Positions 23,733 to 31,289 of a stretch of DNA of 32,000 nucleotides are shown here, one piece after another. Origin of the DNA: Fibrobacter succinogenes subsp. succinogenes S85 (GTDB lineage Bacteria > Fibrobacterota > Fibrobacteria > Fibrobacterales > Fibrobacteraceae); contig NC_017448.1 of the NCBI RefSeq assembly GCF_000146505.1, positions 1,560,001-1,592,000 on the forward strand, given 5' to 3'. Under the pieces are notes generated by a model that worked only from the letters and a program-made list of their open reading frames with translations, ran no database searches and was not told the origin of the DNA. Each line of letters opens with the position of its first letter. Position 1 is the first letter of the stretch. A program made the translations under genes and the position numbers.

Positions 23733-26178
23733 AATTCAGCATAATCGGTAAAAAGGGGAACTGAGTAATTTCTGTTTTCTTCGGAGGATTCTTGCGCGTA
23801 TCGTAGAAAGTAAAGAACATGTTATCGTGATTCGTCAAGTTGATAATTGTCCAGCTAAAGTTCCACTTGCCTTCACGACCCATATCAATCGCCTTCAAGT
23901 CAATTCTGAAATAATCCGTTTGGCGGCCTGCATTGCGGCTTCCCGGCAACACCACAATATCATCTGAATATCGTTGCGTACCGATTTCCTGCTGCAGATA
24001 ATACCCTTTGTACTCACTAATCGGCATACCCGATGAATACTTGAGTGCAAGCGACGAGCGGAAATAGCGCCCCTTTTTCTTATGTTGCCACAAGGCGTCT
24101 TCACCACCTTTCCAGTTGATGCCCAAATCCATCTTCAGAGCATACGGTTGATGCCAACTCGGGAAATACGGCTTGGAACCATCATTAGCGCGTGCAACAC
24201 TTATACTCTGGCTCCAGTTGATTCCACCAAACCACCAGCCTTTATCTTTACGCAGAGAAAGTTCATAGCCAAACGAATAGCCATCTGCCGTACCGAAATT
24301 ATCCGCCAGCACTAATTTTTTTGAAGACGATTCATCACTACTGTCCTGTTTCATCGCAAACGTATTCAAGTTATTTTGAGTTTTATAGTAAACGCCTGCC
24401 GTAAAGTCGTAGCCTTCAAAAAGATCACGGTGGCTATATTCCGCGGCAAAGAGCCATGACGAAGCGGGTTTAACGTGACGTCCATCCGTTGTTGTCGTTG
24501 CAGGATAATAGAATTCATTGAGCGTTTCCTGATCGGTATAGACAATTGAATTCAAATACTGCAAATAGTAACCACCATAAAGTTCTAGCGATTTCGTATC
24601 ATCAAGATTAACAGTCAACGAGGCACGAGGTTCTACACCAAAATGTTGTGATGCGGTCTGGTAATTGAAGCGCAAGCCATATTGCAGCAAGTAATCCGGT
24701 GAAATTTTCCACGCATCTTGTGCATAGGCGACATGATGGAAAGTCTCTTCATTATCAGCCACGGAAATTGACGCCATCTTTTCTTGATAACGTTCGTTAT
24801 CGTATTCCAATTCGTAGCCAAAGGTAAACGTATGATTATCAATACCACGATAATTCAGCCACTGTTTGCCAGCAAATGTGTAAAGCAGCATTTCAATTGA
24901 CATGAGATCGCTTACTTTCATCAACTGGTAAAACTTGCTGTAAGCAAATGTCGAATTGTAATCCCAGTTGCCATCGATGCGGTGGTAAATGCCAAGCGGA
25001 ATGGCTATGTTACCCCAGTCCATATAAAGCGGGTCAAATTCCAGGCGGTCCTTGCCGATGTAGAAACTGAACTTGAGGCGCGTATCTTTGGAGAGATCAT
25101 ACATAAATGTTCCCTGCAAGTCCGTGAATTCATAATCTAGATCCAAATCTAGGAGGCCAATGGCATTGCACAAGTCCAGAATGTAGCCGATGTAAGTTGT
25201 ACGACCCGCAAACACCCAGCGGGCAGGCCCCTTATGACCTTCGGTATGGAGCTGTGCCGCAAACGTACTGATTTTGATGCTCGACTTGCTAAACCATTCT
25301 TCGACAGAATCCTGACCGCCCGCACGGCCTTCCATCTTGAGCACAGAACTTAAACGGTTGCCGTACTGCGCCGGGAATCCGCTCTTATAGAACTGCACAT
25401 CGTCAATACCTTCGACGAGGAACGTGCTAAAAAGCCCAAAGAAATGCACCGGAGAATAGACAACGGCGTTATCGAACAAGAAGAGATTCTGGTCGGCAGC
25501 ACCACCGCGCACGTAAATCTTGGAACTGAAATCGGAACTGGCGACAACGCCCGGGAGCGCCTGAATGCTCTTGATGACATCGGCTTCGGCAAGGCCCGGC
25601 ATGCGCTTGATGGACTTTGCGGAAACGACGGATTCACCCGGCTTGCGCTTTGGACGGCGGCGCAACTGCACCACGACTTTTTTGAGTTCGGTCACTTTGG
25701 AATTCGCGCTACCCGAAGCGAGAAGTTTTTCCACATCGACATCGGATGTGCTATCGGAGTTTGCCGCGCCTTCGGCAGAGTCTACAGGATCCTTCGACTC
25801 CGCTTGCGCGGAGTTTATCACGGACTCCGTTCCGGAACCAACCTCGTCAACAGTGACTGCGTCGGGGCCAAGCGTTTTGCTGAACGTGCTATCGTTACCG
25901 AAATACAGGAGTTCATAGCATTTTTCCTTCTCGGCACCAGAAGTATCGGAGTTCGTCACACAAATGTTCCAAAGCGTATCGGCAGGGAGGACAACGCTAA
26001 AAGGCGTCCCCACGGTCGTCTGCAAAGCTTCGCCCGTTTCGAGAATTTCGACATTTAGCTTTTCGTGAGCTTCAAACGAGTCATCCTGAACAATTCCATT
26101 GAAGATAATACGTTCGTGGGCTGCGGCAAACGCAACCATCAACGACACAAAAACAACAATTTTCAACATAAAACTCAT
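23716..26178 (-). CDS. TonB-dependent receptor with CarboxypepD_reg-like N-terminal domain
   Basis: Signal peptide MSFMLKIVVFVSLMVAFAAA from the ATG at 26178 (AGGA RBS). A plug domain is present (SIKRMPGLAEADVIKSIQALPGVV..IYVRGGAADQNLFLFDNAVVY). A long beta-barrel ends in aromatic ...LNYEYYF. No FecA-type N-terminal signalling (STN) domain is recognisable. Confidence 0.9.
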   Translation of the reverse strand: MSFMLKIVVFVSLMVAFAAAHERIIFNGIVQDDSFEAHEKLNVEILETGEALQTTVGTPFSVVLPADTLWNICVTNSDTSGAEKEKCYELLYFGNDSTFSKTLGPDAVTVDEVGSGTESVINSAQAESKDPVDSAEGAANSDSTSDVDVEKLLASGSANSKVTELKKVVVQLRRRPKRKPGESVVSAKSIKRMPGLAEADVIKSIQALPGVVASSDFSSKIYVRGGAADQNLFLFDNAVVYSPVHFFGLFSTFLVEGIDDVQFYKSGFPAQYGNRLSSVLKMEGRAGGQDSVEEWFSKSSIKISTFAAQLHTEGHKGPARWVFAGRTTYIGYILDLCNAIGLLDLDLDYEFTDLQGTFMYDLSKDTRLKFSFYIGKDRLEFDPLYMDWGNIAIPLGIYHRIDGNWDYNSTFAYSKFYQLMKVSDLMSIEMLLYTFAGKQWLNYRGIDNHTFTFGYELEYDNERYQEKMASISVADNEETFHHVAYAQDAWKISPDYLLQYGLRFNYQTASQHFGVEPRASLTVNLDDTKSLELYGGYYLQYLNSIVYTDQETLNEFYYPATTTTDGRHVKPASSWLFAAEYSHRDLFEGYDFTAGVYYKTQNNLNTFAMKQDSSDESSSKKLVLADNFGTADGYSFGYELSLRKDKGWWFGGINWSQSISVARANDGSKPYFPSWHQPYALKMDLGINWKGGEDALWQHKKKGRYFRSSLALKYSSGMPISEYKGYYLQQEIGTQRYSDDIVVLPGSRNAGRQTDYFRIDLKAIDMGREGKWNFSWTIINLTNHDNMFFTFYDTRKNPPKKTEITQFPFLPIMLNYEYYF

Positions 26179-26202
26179 TACAGTTCCTAAACCTTTCCCC
26201 AA

Positions 26203-26233
26203 TGGAACACCTCAAGGTACAAAAAGTGTTACC
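26203..26233 (-). promoter_or_regulatory. 31-nt bipartite motif, copy A (upstream of the TonB-dependent receptor)
   Basis: Minus strand reads GGTAACACTTTTTGTACCTTGAGGTGTTCCA. The motif ends 24 nt before the ATG at 26178. An A/T-rich tract lies upstream. Confidence 0.45.
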
Positions 26234-26292
26234 ACATAATTCAAAAAATTTAAAAATTTATAGTAAACTCAAAATTTTTCATACAAAAGGAG

Positions 26293-26317
26293 ATCCCCGA
26301 ACAAGTCGGGGATGACA
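26293..26317 (-). repeat. Hairpin-ATGAC repeat, CCCG type
   Basis: atccccga-acaag-tcggggat followed by gaca. The stem is a perfect 8 bp. Confidence 0.7.
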
Positions 26318-26340
26318 AGAGCATATAGGAGATGCCCGCT

Positions 26341-26377
26341 CGTCCCCATCAAGCGAGGACAGGCATCGGGGATGACA
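26341..26377 (-). repeat. Hairpin-ATGAC repeat, degenerate copy with ~12-nt loop insertion
   Basis: gtccccatcaag...catcggggatgaca, ending 6 nt from the caspase-gene stop codon. Confidence 0.55.
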
Positions 26378-26383
26378 AAGTAA

Positions 26384-28657
26384 CTAGAATCGTCCGATGG
26401 TAAGGCCTGCGTAGAATCCCGGCCACCAGCGACCTTTATGGCTATTACAGCTTACGTCGTCGTGGTAATCGCCAAGCGGTTTAAGCAATAGCTTGTTCAG
26501 ATAGCCTTCGCTCGTCAAATTCAACGAGCCACCCACCGAGAGGCCAAAACCCGGGAACACCTGGTACACATAACCAACGCGGCCGCGATGGTGGTATCCA
26601 GACTTCCAATCATCTTCGTCCACTCCAAATTTATCGTAGACGTTGAAGAACGTGTATTCCAGTTCCCAATGGCTTCCGTATTTTCCGAACTGGGTACCGA
26701 TACCAACACCGTGTTCATAGAACTTTTCGAATTCCTTAAAGATATGCCCTTTCTTGAAGAATGCGGCCCATTCAATATTCGTGTAGAAATAAGCCGTACC
26801 CAAATGAACTGATCCACCAAGTGCACCCATTTCGTTGATGTATGGCGTCACGCTCCACACGCCGTTACCAACGATATTGACAAGGCCCACCGGAGACTTT
26901 TCGCAATGAGCGCAGATATTGACAATACCCCACTGGCGACCCTTTTCCTTTGTCGCATAGTTGACAACACCAATTTGCACCTTTTCGTTAACGTGAGAAG
27001 CATTTACCCCCGCAGCCACCTGAACTTTCGACTTTGTCGCATAATTGACACCAGCAACCGCTTGGCTTTTTGTAGTTTGTGCAACATTCACACCAGCCGT
27101 CACCTGCCAATCTGTAACCTTCGCATAGTTGACACCCGCAGAGACCTGCAAACCATTAAGCGAATCAACGGCCACGTTCACGATACCAATCTGCGCACCC
27201 GAGGACTTGTCCTTCGCAATGTTCACAACCGAGCTCACCTGCGCACCATCAAAAGACCCTGCATAGTTTGCCACAGACGAAAGCTGAGCGCCTTCAAAGT
27301 GGTCTTTTGCCACGTTCACAATCGTTGTCGCCTGCAAGCCGTGCATTTCCTTTTGAGCAATATTTGCAAACAAGCTCACCTGCGTACCCAACATGTAATC
27401 CTTCGTACGAGCGACGAACAAGCCCAACTGCAAGCCCTTACGCGGATCGCTATCCGTATCCACGAAGTTAAACGTCGTACGGAACTTACCGTTATGATCC
27501 AAAGAATCAAGCGAACATGCAATCGTATCGCCGCCCGGGCAACTTCTATTGCCGCCAATTTCACCACGGAACACCGTCTGTTCAGCCATAACACTCTTGA
27601 AGTTGCCCATCGAAATCTTTTCGCGCTTGCCGTTCACAAGAGCAACAGTTGCGCCCATGTAATCGGTTTTCTGCTGGAGATTCACCGTGTAATTCCCTGC
27701 CGGGAGGCCAAGGCTCATCGCATGACCTTGCTTTTTATTGAGTTCCGCCACGAGTTCGCCATCGGCATCGCGAATGTAAAGTCGACCGCCAACGCTTTCG
27801 TCCAAATCGAGGCCTGCGCTTGTCGCACGCAAATCGGTCATCACCACGTCACCCGTACCCGCAAGGTTCATATCACGGCTCGGATGCTGTGCGCCACCCA
27901 GCGTCGTTTCCGTCTTTTGCAATGTTTCATTGAACGCGAACTGGTACGCTTCCGAGAGCGTCACACGGCCATCGCTACTCAAGTCGCCTGCGCCACGGAG
28001 ACCGCTCACAAGCGAGTGCGTAAAGAACGAGCCCTTGAGTTTATCGCTTTCCTGGCTAGATTCATCTTGCGTACTGCTCGTGATAAACGCATAGCCCTTC
28101 ATGTCGCTGCTCTGATCGACCATAAAAGCAGGCACCGCCTTACCACCTTTCACGCGGGTAATTGCACCAGAACCGCAAGCATCAATCACAGCAATTTTCA
28201 CATCGGCACTGAGCGCGTCAATGCGATTACGCAAGTCCTTCCAGGCGTAAGTTTCTTCGCCCAGGCGGAGGCCCTTTTCGTCGGCGTGACCACTGTAATA
28301 GACAAGCACTTCGTCACGACCGTTAGACGCCTTGTCCTGCAAAATTTTTGCATCGAGATTCGCAAATTCCTTTTGCAAAGCAACAACAGAAGGCTCCTTC
28401 ACGAGAATCACGTTCTGCGGGAGCACGCCACCCATTTCCTTAAGCACCTTGGCAAACGAACGGGCATCACTTTCCGCATAGCGAAGCATCGGACGGCCTG
28501 CACCACCGTTATTGGCACTCACGGCCACTACGTAGCGATTGATACGGCCCGATTCTGTTGCAGCATCGGCATTAGAAGCCAAAAAGAGCAAAACAAAAAG
28601 AAATGCAAAAGACAAACCAGACAACACCCCAAAAGCCTTATTCGAAATCATAAACAT
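26384..28657 (-). CDS. Caspase-family (peptidase C14) protein with short-repeat region and outer-membrane beta-barrel-like C-terminus
   Basis: 757 aa with a signal peptide. The caspase fold shows a His-Cys dyad context (VLVYYSGHADE; KIAVIDACGSGA). About 12 tandem ~15-aa repeats G-x-Q-x(3-4)-V-N-x-A span residues 408-598. The C-terminus ends ...FYAGLTIGRF, with the terminal Phe typical of OMPs. Confidence 0.85.
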   Translation of the reverse strand: MFMISNKAFGVLSGLSFAFLFVLLFLASNADAATESGRINRYVVAVSANNGGAGRPMLRYAESDARSFAKVLKEMGGVLPQNVILVKEPSVVALQKEFANLDAKILQDKASNGRDEVLVYYSGHADEKGLRLGEETYAWKDLRNRIDALSADVKIAVIDACGSGAITRVKGGKAVPAFMVDQSSDMKGYAFITSSTQDESSQESDKLKGSFFTHSLVSGLRGAGDLSSDGRVTLSEAYQFAFNETLQKTETTLGGAQHPSRDMNLAGTGDVVMTDLRATSAGLDLDESVGGRLYIRDADGELVAELNKKQGHAMSLGLPAGNYTVNLQQKTDYMGATVALVNGKREKISMGNFKSVMAEQTVFRGEIGGNRSCPGGDTIACSLDSLDHNGKFRTTFNFVDTDSDPRKGLQLGLFVARTKDYMLGTQVSLFANIAQKEMHGLQATTIVNVAKDHFEGAQLSSVANYAGSFDGAQVSSVVNIAKDKSSGAQIGIVNVAVDSLNGLQVSAGVNYAKVTDWQVTAGVNVAQTTKSQAVAGVNYATKSKVQVAAGVNASHVNEKVQIGVVNYATKEKGRQWGIVNICAHCEKSPVGLVNIVGNGVWSVTPYINEMGALGGSVHLGTAYFYTNIEWAAFFKKGHIFKEFEKFYEHGVGIGTQFGKYGSHWELEYTFFNVYDKFGVDEDDWKSGYHHRGRVGYVYQVFPGFGLSVGGSLNLTSEGYLNKLLLKPLGDYHDDVSCNSHKGRWWPGFYAGLTIGRF

Positions 28658-29457
28658 TATTTACCCGCCTTCTTGAGAGTAAAACCAATCACCTTCACGT
28701 CGCTTCTCTTAAGCAACTTATCGACATCATTTTCTTCAACCGCAAACTCCTTGGGAGAAGTCACGAAGAAGAATTTTTCAAAGTACGGAGCATCGTCAAG
28801 CTTGTACGCAAACGGGAGCGAATTCATCTTGCCCGGAGCAAGTTCAATCGCCTTCACGCCATCGCCCATGTGGAGAGTCAGAGCGCCATTGCCGTCCATG
28901 CTAAAAAGGAGTCCAAAGCATTTTTCAGGAACGGCATAGCGCAACTGGATTTCATCGCCTTCGCCGACAGAATCAAGATCGTTCAGCTGGACAATCCCGG
29001 CAGGAGTCTTTTTCCATACTTCCATGCGGGCGTCAAGTCCCTTGATTCGCGTATCAGACTGGGTTTCGGCAAGAGCAACCTGCGTGTTTTGCGAACCATT
29101 GACTGTTGCAACATCGCCACCCACGCGTTCATTCATCACGGAAGTTTCGCGCTGGGCAAAGAACGCCACCAACGCAATCGCAAAAACGAACATCGCCGCA
29201 GCCGCAAATTTCACGAGCGTAAAGCGCACCGCATTTTTCGCAGCAATTTTCGCGGCATTCCCGGCGGCACCCGTTCCAAGATTCGCGGCAAGCGTTTCAA
29301 ACGGCAACTTGCTCAAAATTGCCTTGTTGTCTTCGCGGAGCATTTTTACACGATTTGCAAATACCGCATCATTCGCTTCAAGCTCGCGAAGCTTATTCAT
29401 TTCTTCTTCCGGCAAATCGCCAGTCAGGAATCGTTCTAATTTCCAATCGGGAATCAT
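28657..29457 (-). CDS. Anti-sigma factor: single-pass membrane protein with DUF4384-like periplasmic domain
   Basis: The N-terminus (DWKLERFLTGDLPEEEMNKLRELE) is anti-sigma-like but lacks a zinc-finger Cys/His motif. The TM segment is FAAAAMFVFAIALVAFFA. The periplasmic part (GEGDEIQLRYAVPEKCFGLLFSMDGNG) resembles DUF4384. ATG 29457 overlaps the sigma stop, with an alternative GTG at 29460. The stop overlaps the caspase ATG (TAATG). Confidence 0.75.
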   Translation of the reverse strand: MIPDWKLERFLTGDLPEEEMNKLRELEANDAVFANRVKMLREDNKAILSKLPFETLAANLGTGAAGNAAKIAAKNAVRFTLVKFAAAAMFVFAIALVAFFAQRETSVMNERVGGDVATVNGSQNTQVALAETQSDTRIKGLDARMEVWKKTPAGIVQLNDLDSVGEGDEIQLRYAVPEKCFGLLFSMDGNGALTLHMGDGVKAIELAPGKMNSLPFAYKLDDAPYFEKFFFVTSPKEFAVEENDVDKLLKRSDVKVIGFTLKKAGK

Positions 29458-29960
29458 CACTGAACCTCCAGAGTTTTAACTTTGGCCTGTAACCCGCGCA
29501 AACGCTTGCGCACACCGCTTACCGAGAGCCCCACTTCACGGGCAGTCTCTTCGAGAGTCATACCATCGACAAAATGGAGGACTGCCATTGTGCGGCTAGA
29601 TTCGGGTTCCTTCAAAAAGAGCTTTGCCAGCACATTTTTCGTTTCGTAATCGTCATGCTCGTCTTCGGCACAGGCGATGCTCAAAAGCAGGCTAGAAGAA
29701 TCTACGTCAAGTCCACGACGGCGCTTATCGCGAATGCGGTTGAGGCAAAGTCTCGTTGCCGTATTCCACAAAAGGCTGCTCGGCGACTCCATATCCAGGC
29801 GTTCCGATGCAGAATAAATCCGCAAAAAAACGTCTTGCATGAGGTCGCTAGCTTCAGCATCATCGCGAAGGAGTTGCAGGCAGCGCCTATAGACCATAGG
29901 CGCGTACTTCTCGTAAATCTTTGCAAATCCTGCTTTTTTTAAGGTTTCTAGGCTTTTCAC
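29457..29960 (-). CDS. ECF (sigma-70 family group 4) RNA polymerase sigma factor
   Basis: 167 aa. Region 2 is visible (DLMQDVFLRIY; WNTATRLCLNRIRDKRR), as is the region 4 HTH (MTLEETAREVGLSVSGVRKRL). GTG is the only plausible start. Confidence 0.85.
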   Translation of the reverse strand: MKSLETLKKAGFAKIYEKYAPMVYRRCLQLLRDDAEASDLMQDVFLRIYSASERLDMESPSSLLWNTATRLCLNRIRDKRRRGLDVDSSSLLLSIACAEDEHDDYETKNVLAKLFLKEPESSRTMAVLHFVDGMTLEETAREVGLSVSGVRKRLRGLQAKVKTLEVQ

Positions 29961-29965
29961 GTTTA

Positions 29966-29996
29966 TGTAACACCGGAGGTATTCAAAAGTGTTACC
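29966..29996 (-). promoter_or_regulatory. 31-nt bipartite motif, copy B (upstream of the ECF sigma operon)
   Basis: Minus strand reads GGTAACACTTTTGAATACCTCCGGTGTTACA. The motif ends 5 nt before the GTG start. It is the best dyad of the three copies (GGTAACAC/GTGTTAC). An A/T-rich tract lies upstream. Confidence 0.45.
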
Positions 29997-30040
29997 TAAA
30001 AAATAAAAATTTTGAATTATTCTCTATAAATAAGAATTCG

Positions 30041-30087
30041 ATCCCGGCACAAGGCCGGGATGACAATGCAATGCGGCCGGGATGACA
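30041..30087 (-). repeat. Hairpin-ATGAC repeat (CCGG type) plus a duplicated right arm
   Basis: atcccggc-acaag-gccgggat-gaca at 30041-30065, then gccgggatgaca again at 30076-30087. It ends 3 nt from the nitroreductase stop. Confidence 0.7.
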
Positions 30088-30090
30088 GCG

Positions 30091-30801
30091 CTAAATCGTG
30101 TCTGAACTGCGCAAAGTTTGCATAGAACGGCGGAAAATTTCCTTGCCAGAGCCTATTTCAAAGAAATACTTGAAAATTCCAAGATCGACCTTGCTAAAAA
30201 AGCCCAAACGCTTCTCCGCAAAAACGCGGCCGCTCTCGTCAACGCTAAATTTAGCCTTGAACTGGTTCAAAGCCGACGGCGCAAGCATCACATAGTCGAT
30301 TCCCTTCTTGAACCAATCCGGAGATTGATCGTAATCCGGCGCGATTCGCGTCACAGGTTTCATCGGGTGCTGCACGCCCTGCGTCTCACCATTGCCAATC
30401 GCAATCACGAGCTCTAGCTTTTCGCCATCGTCAATTTCAATCGTCGGAGTCTTCTTGAACGTAAGCCCAACCACGCAAGTATTGAGCCCAATCATCTGCG
30501 CCAAAAGCACGATATCCGCCGTCGCATACCCCACGCGTTCATCAAGTGAAGCTTCGCACCCCGCCACTGACTTTTGACCCGCAATCGCAATGTAATTTTT
30601 CACATTCCGAAACGAGCCGTAATGCGCCAAGCGACCGCTAAATGCCACATCGTCATTTAAAACAAGCTGCATGTGGAGCGCAAAATTTTCATTCAACCGA
30701 CGAATCCGCGACTGCAATTCTTCGACTTGCTCCTTAGTCAAAGGCGTCGAAGCATACCTACGCACAGAATGTCGTGCTAAAACAGCCTCTTCAATAGTCA
30801 T
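30091..30801 (-). CDS. Nitroreductase-family protein
   Basis: 236 aa. The N-terminal ARHSVRRY motif and overall pattern are typical of the nitroreductase fold. An AAGGAG RBS is present. Confidence 0.8.
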   Translation of the reverse strand: MTIEEAVLARHSVRRYASTPLTKEQVEELQSRIRRLNENFALHMQLVLNDDVAFSGRLAHYGSFRNVKNYIAIAGQKSVAGCEASLDERVGYATADIVLLAQMIGLNTCVVGLTFKKTPTIEIDDGEKLELVIAIGNGETQGVQHPMKPVTRIAPDYDQSPDWFKKGIDYVMLAPSALNQFKAKFSVDESGRVFAEKRLGFFSKVDLGIFKYFFEIGSGKEIFRRSMQTLRSSDTI

Positions 30802-30851
30802 AAATTCTCCTTCTCAAAAGCTCCCAAGAATTACTATTCTAAACTACAATT

Positions 30852-31289
30852 TTACAGCTCAATTGTCTCGTCATCACTCTTGATAAAATCAATTAAGCGC
30901 TCCAACGTGAGGGCTGCCCCCATATTCCCCGCATCGGCAACACCTTCTACACGCAAGGAACACTCCCAGACAATCGCCACGCGATACCCCAAGAGCGAAA
31001 GTTCATGTTGCGTCTTAATGTCGCGCACTATGTTGCGGTCGAACTTGTCGTTCCAAAATGCAGAATTTGACTTCGGGCGACTCGTTAGCTTGCAACCATG
31101 CTGGTGCCAAAAACACCCGTTCACAAAAATCGCAACCCCATACTTTTGTACGAAAATATCCGGCGTCCCCGGCAAATCCCGACGGTGAAGCCGATAGCGG
31201 AACCCAGCCTCAAAGAGCGCCTTGCGCACAATCATCTCGGGCTTTGTATCCTCCGAATGGACCGCCTGCATCATCTGCGAGCGGGTCAT
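30852..31289 (-). CDS. vsr: Very-short-patch repair endonuclease
   Basis: TRSQMMQAVHSEDTKPE, LPGTPDIFVQKYGVAIFVNGCFWHQH and YRVAIVWEC match the Vsr family. The start is uncertain: ATG 31289, GTG 31358 (adds a Lys/Arg-rich tail) or ATG 31445 (would abut pepT). Confidence 0.8.
   Translation of the reverse strand: MTRSQMMQAVHSEDTKPEMIVRKALFEAGFRYRLHRRDLPGTPDIFVQKYGVAIFVNGCFWHQHGCKLTSRPKSNSAFWNDKFDRNIVRDIKTQHELSLLGYRVAIVWECSLRVEGVADAGNMGAALTLERLIDFIKSDDETIEL

Noticed and set aside
26293-26377. Possible CRISPR array or attC-like sites, suggested by the tandem hairpin repeats here and at 30041-30087.
   Set aside because: There are only two adjacent copies per locus with no regular spacer periodicity, the repeats are about 25 nt hairpins, and no cas or integrase genes are present. 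They are better explained as REP-like intergenic elements.
26906-28939. Very long antisense ORFs: 677 aa here, plus 26-1147 (+), 5554-6498 (+), 10809-12053 (+) and 12054-13793 (+).
   Set aside because: Each lies entirely opposite a gene with clear family signatures. Their translations are Arg/His/Leu-rich low-information sequence with no motifs, RBS or signal peptide. They are typical shadow ORFs.
29966-29996. Reading the motif as a Bacteroidetes-type sigmaA -7 element (TAnnTTTG), because CACTTTTG occurs in two copies.
   Set aside because: The first position is C rather than T, the third copy shifts register, and canonical TTGACA/TATAAT-like promoters are visible elsewhere in the window. I keep it only as an alternative to test by TSS mapping.
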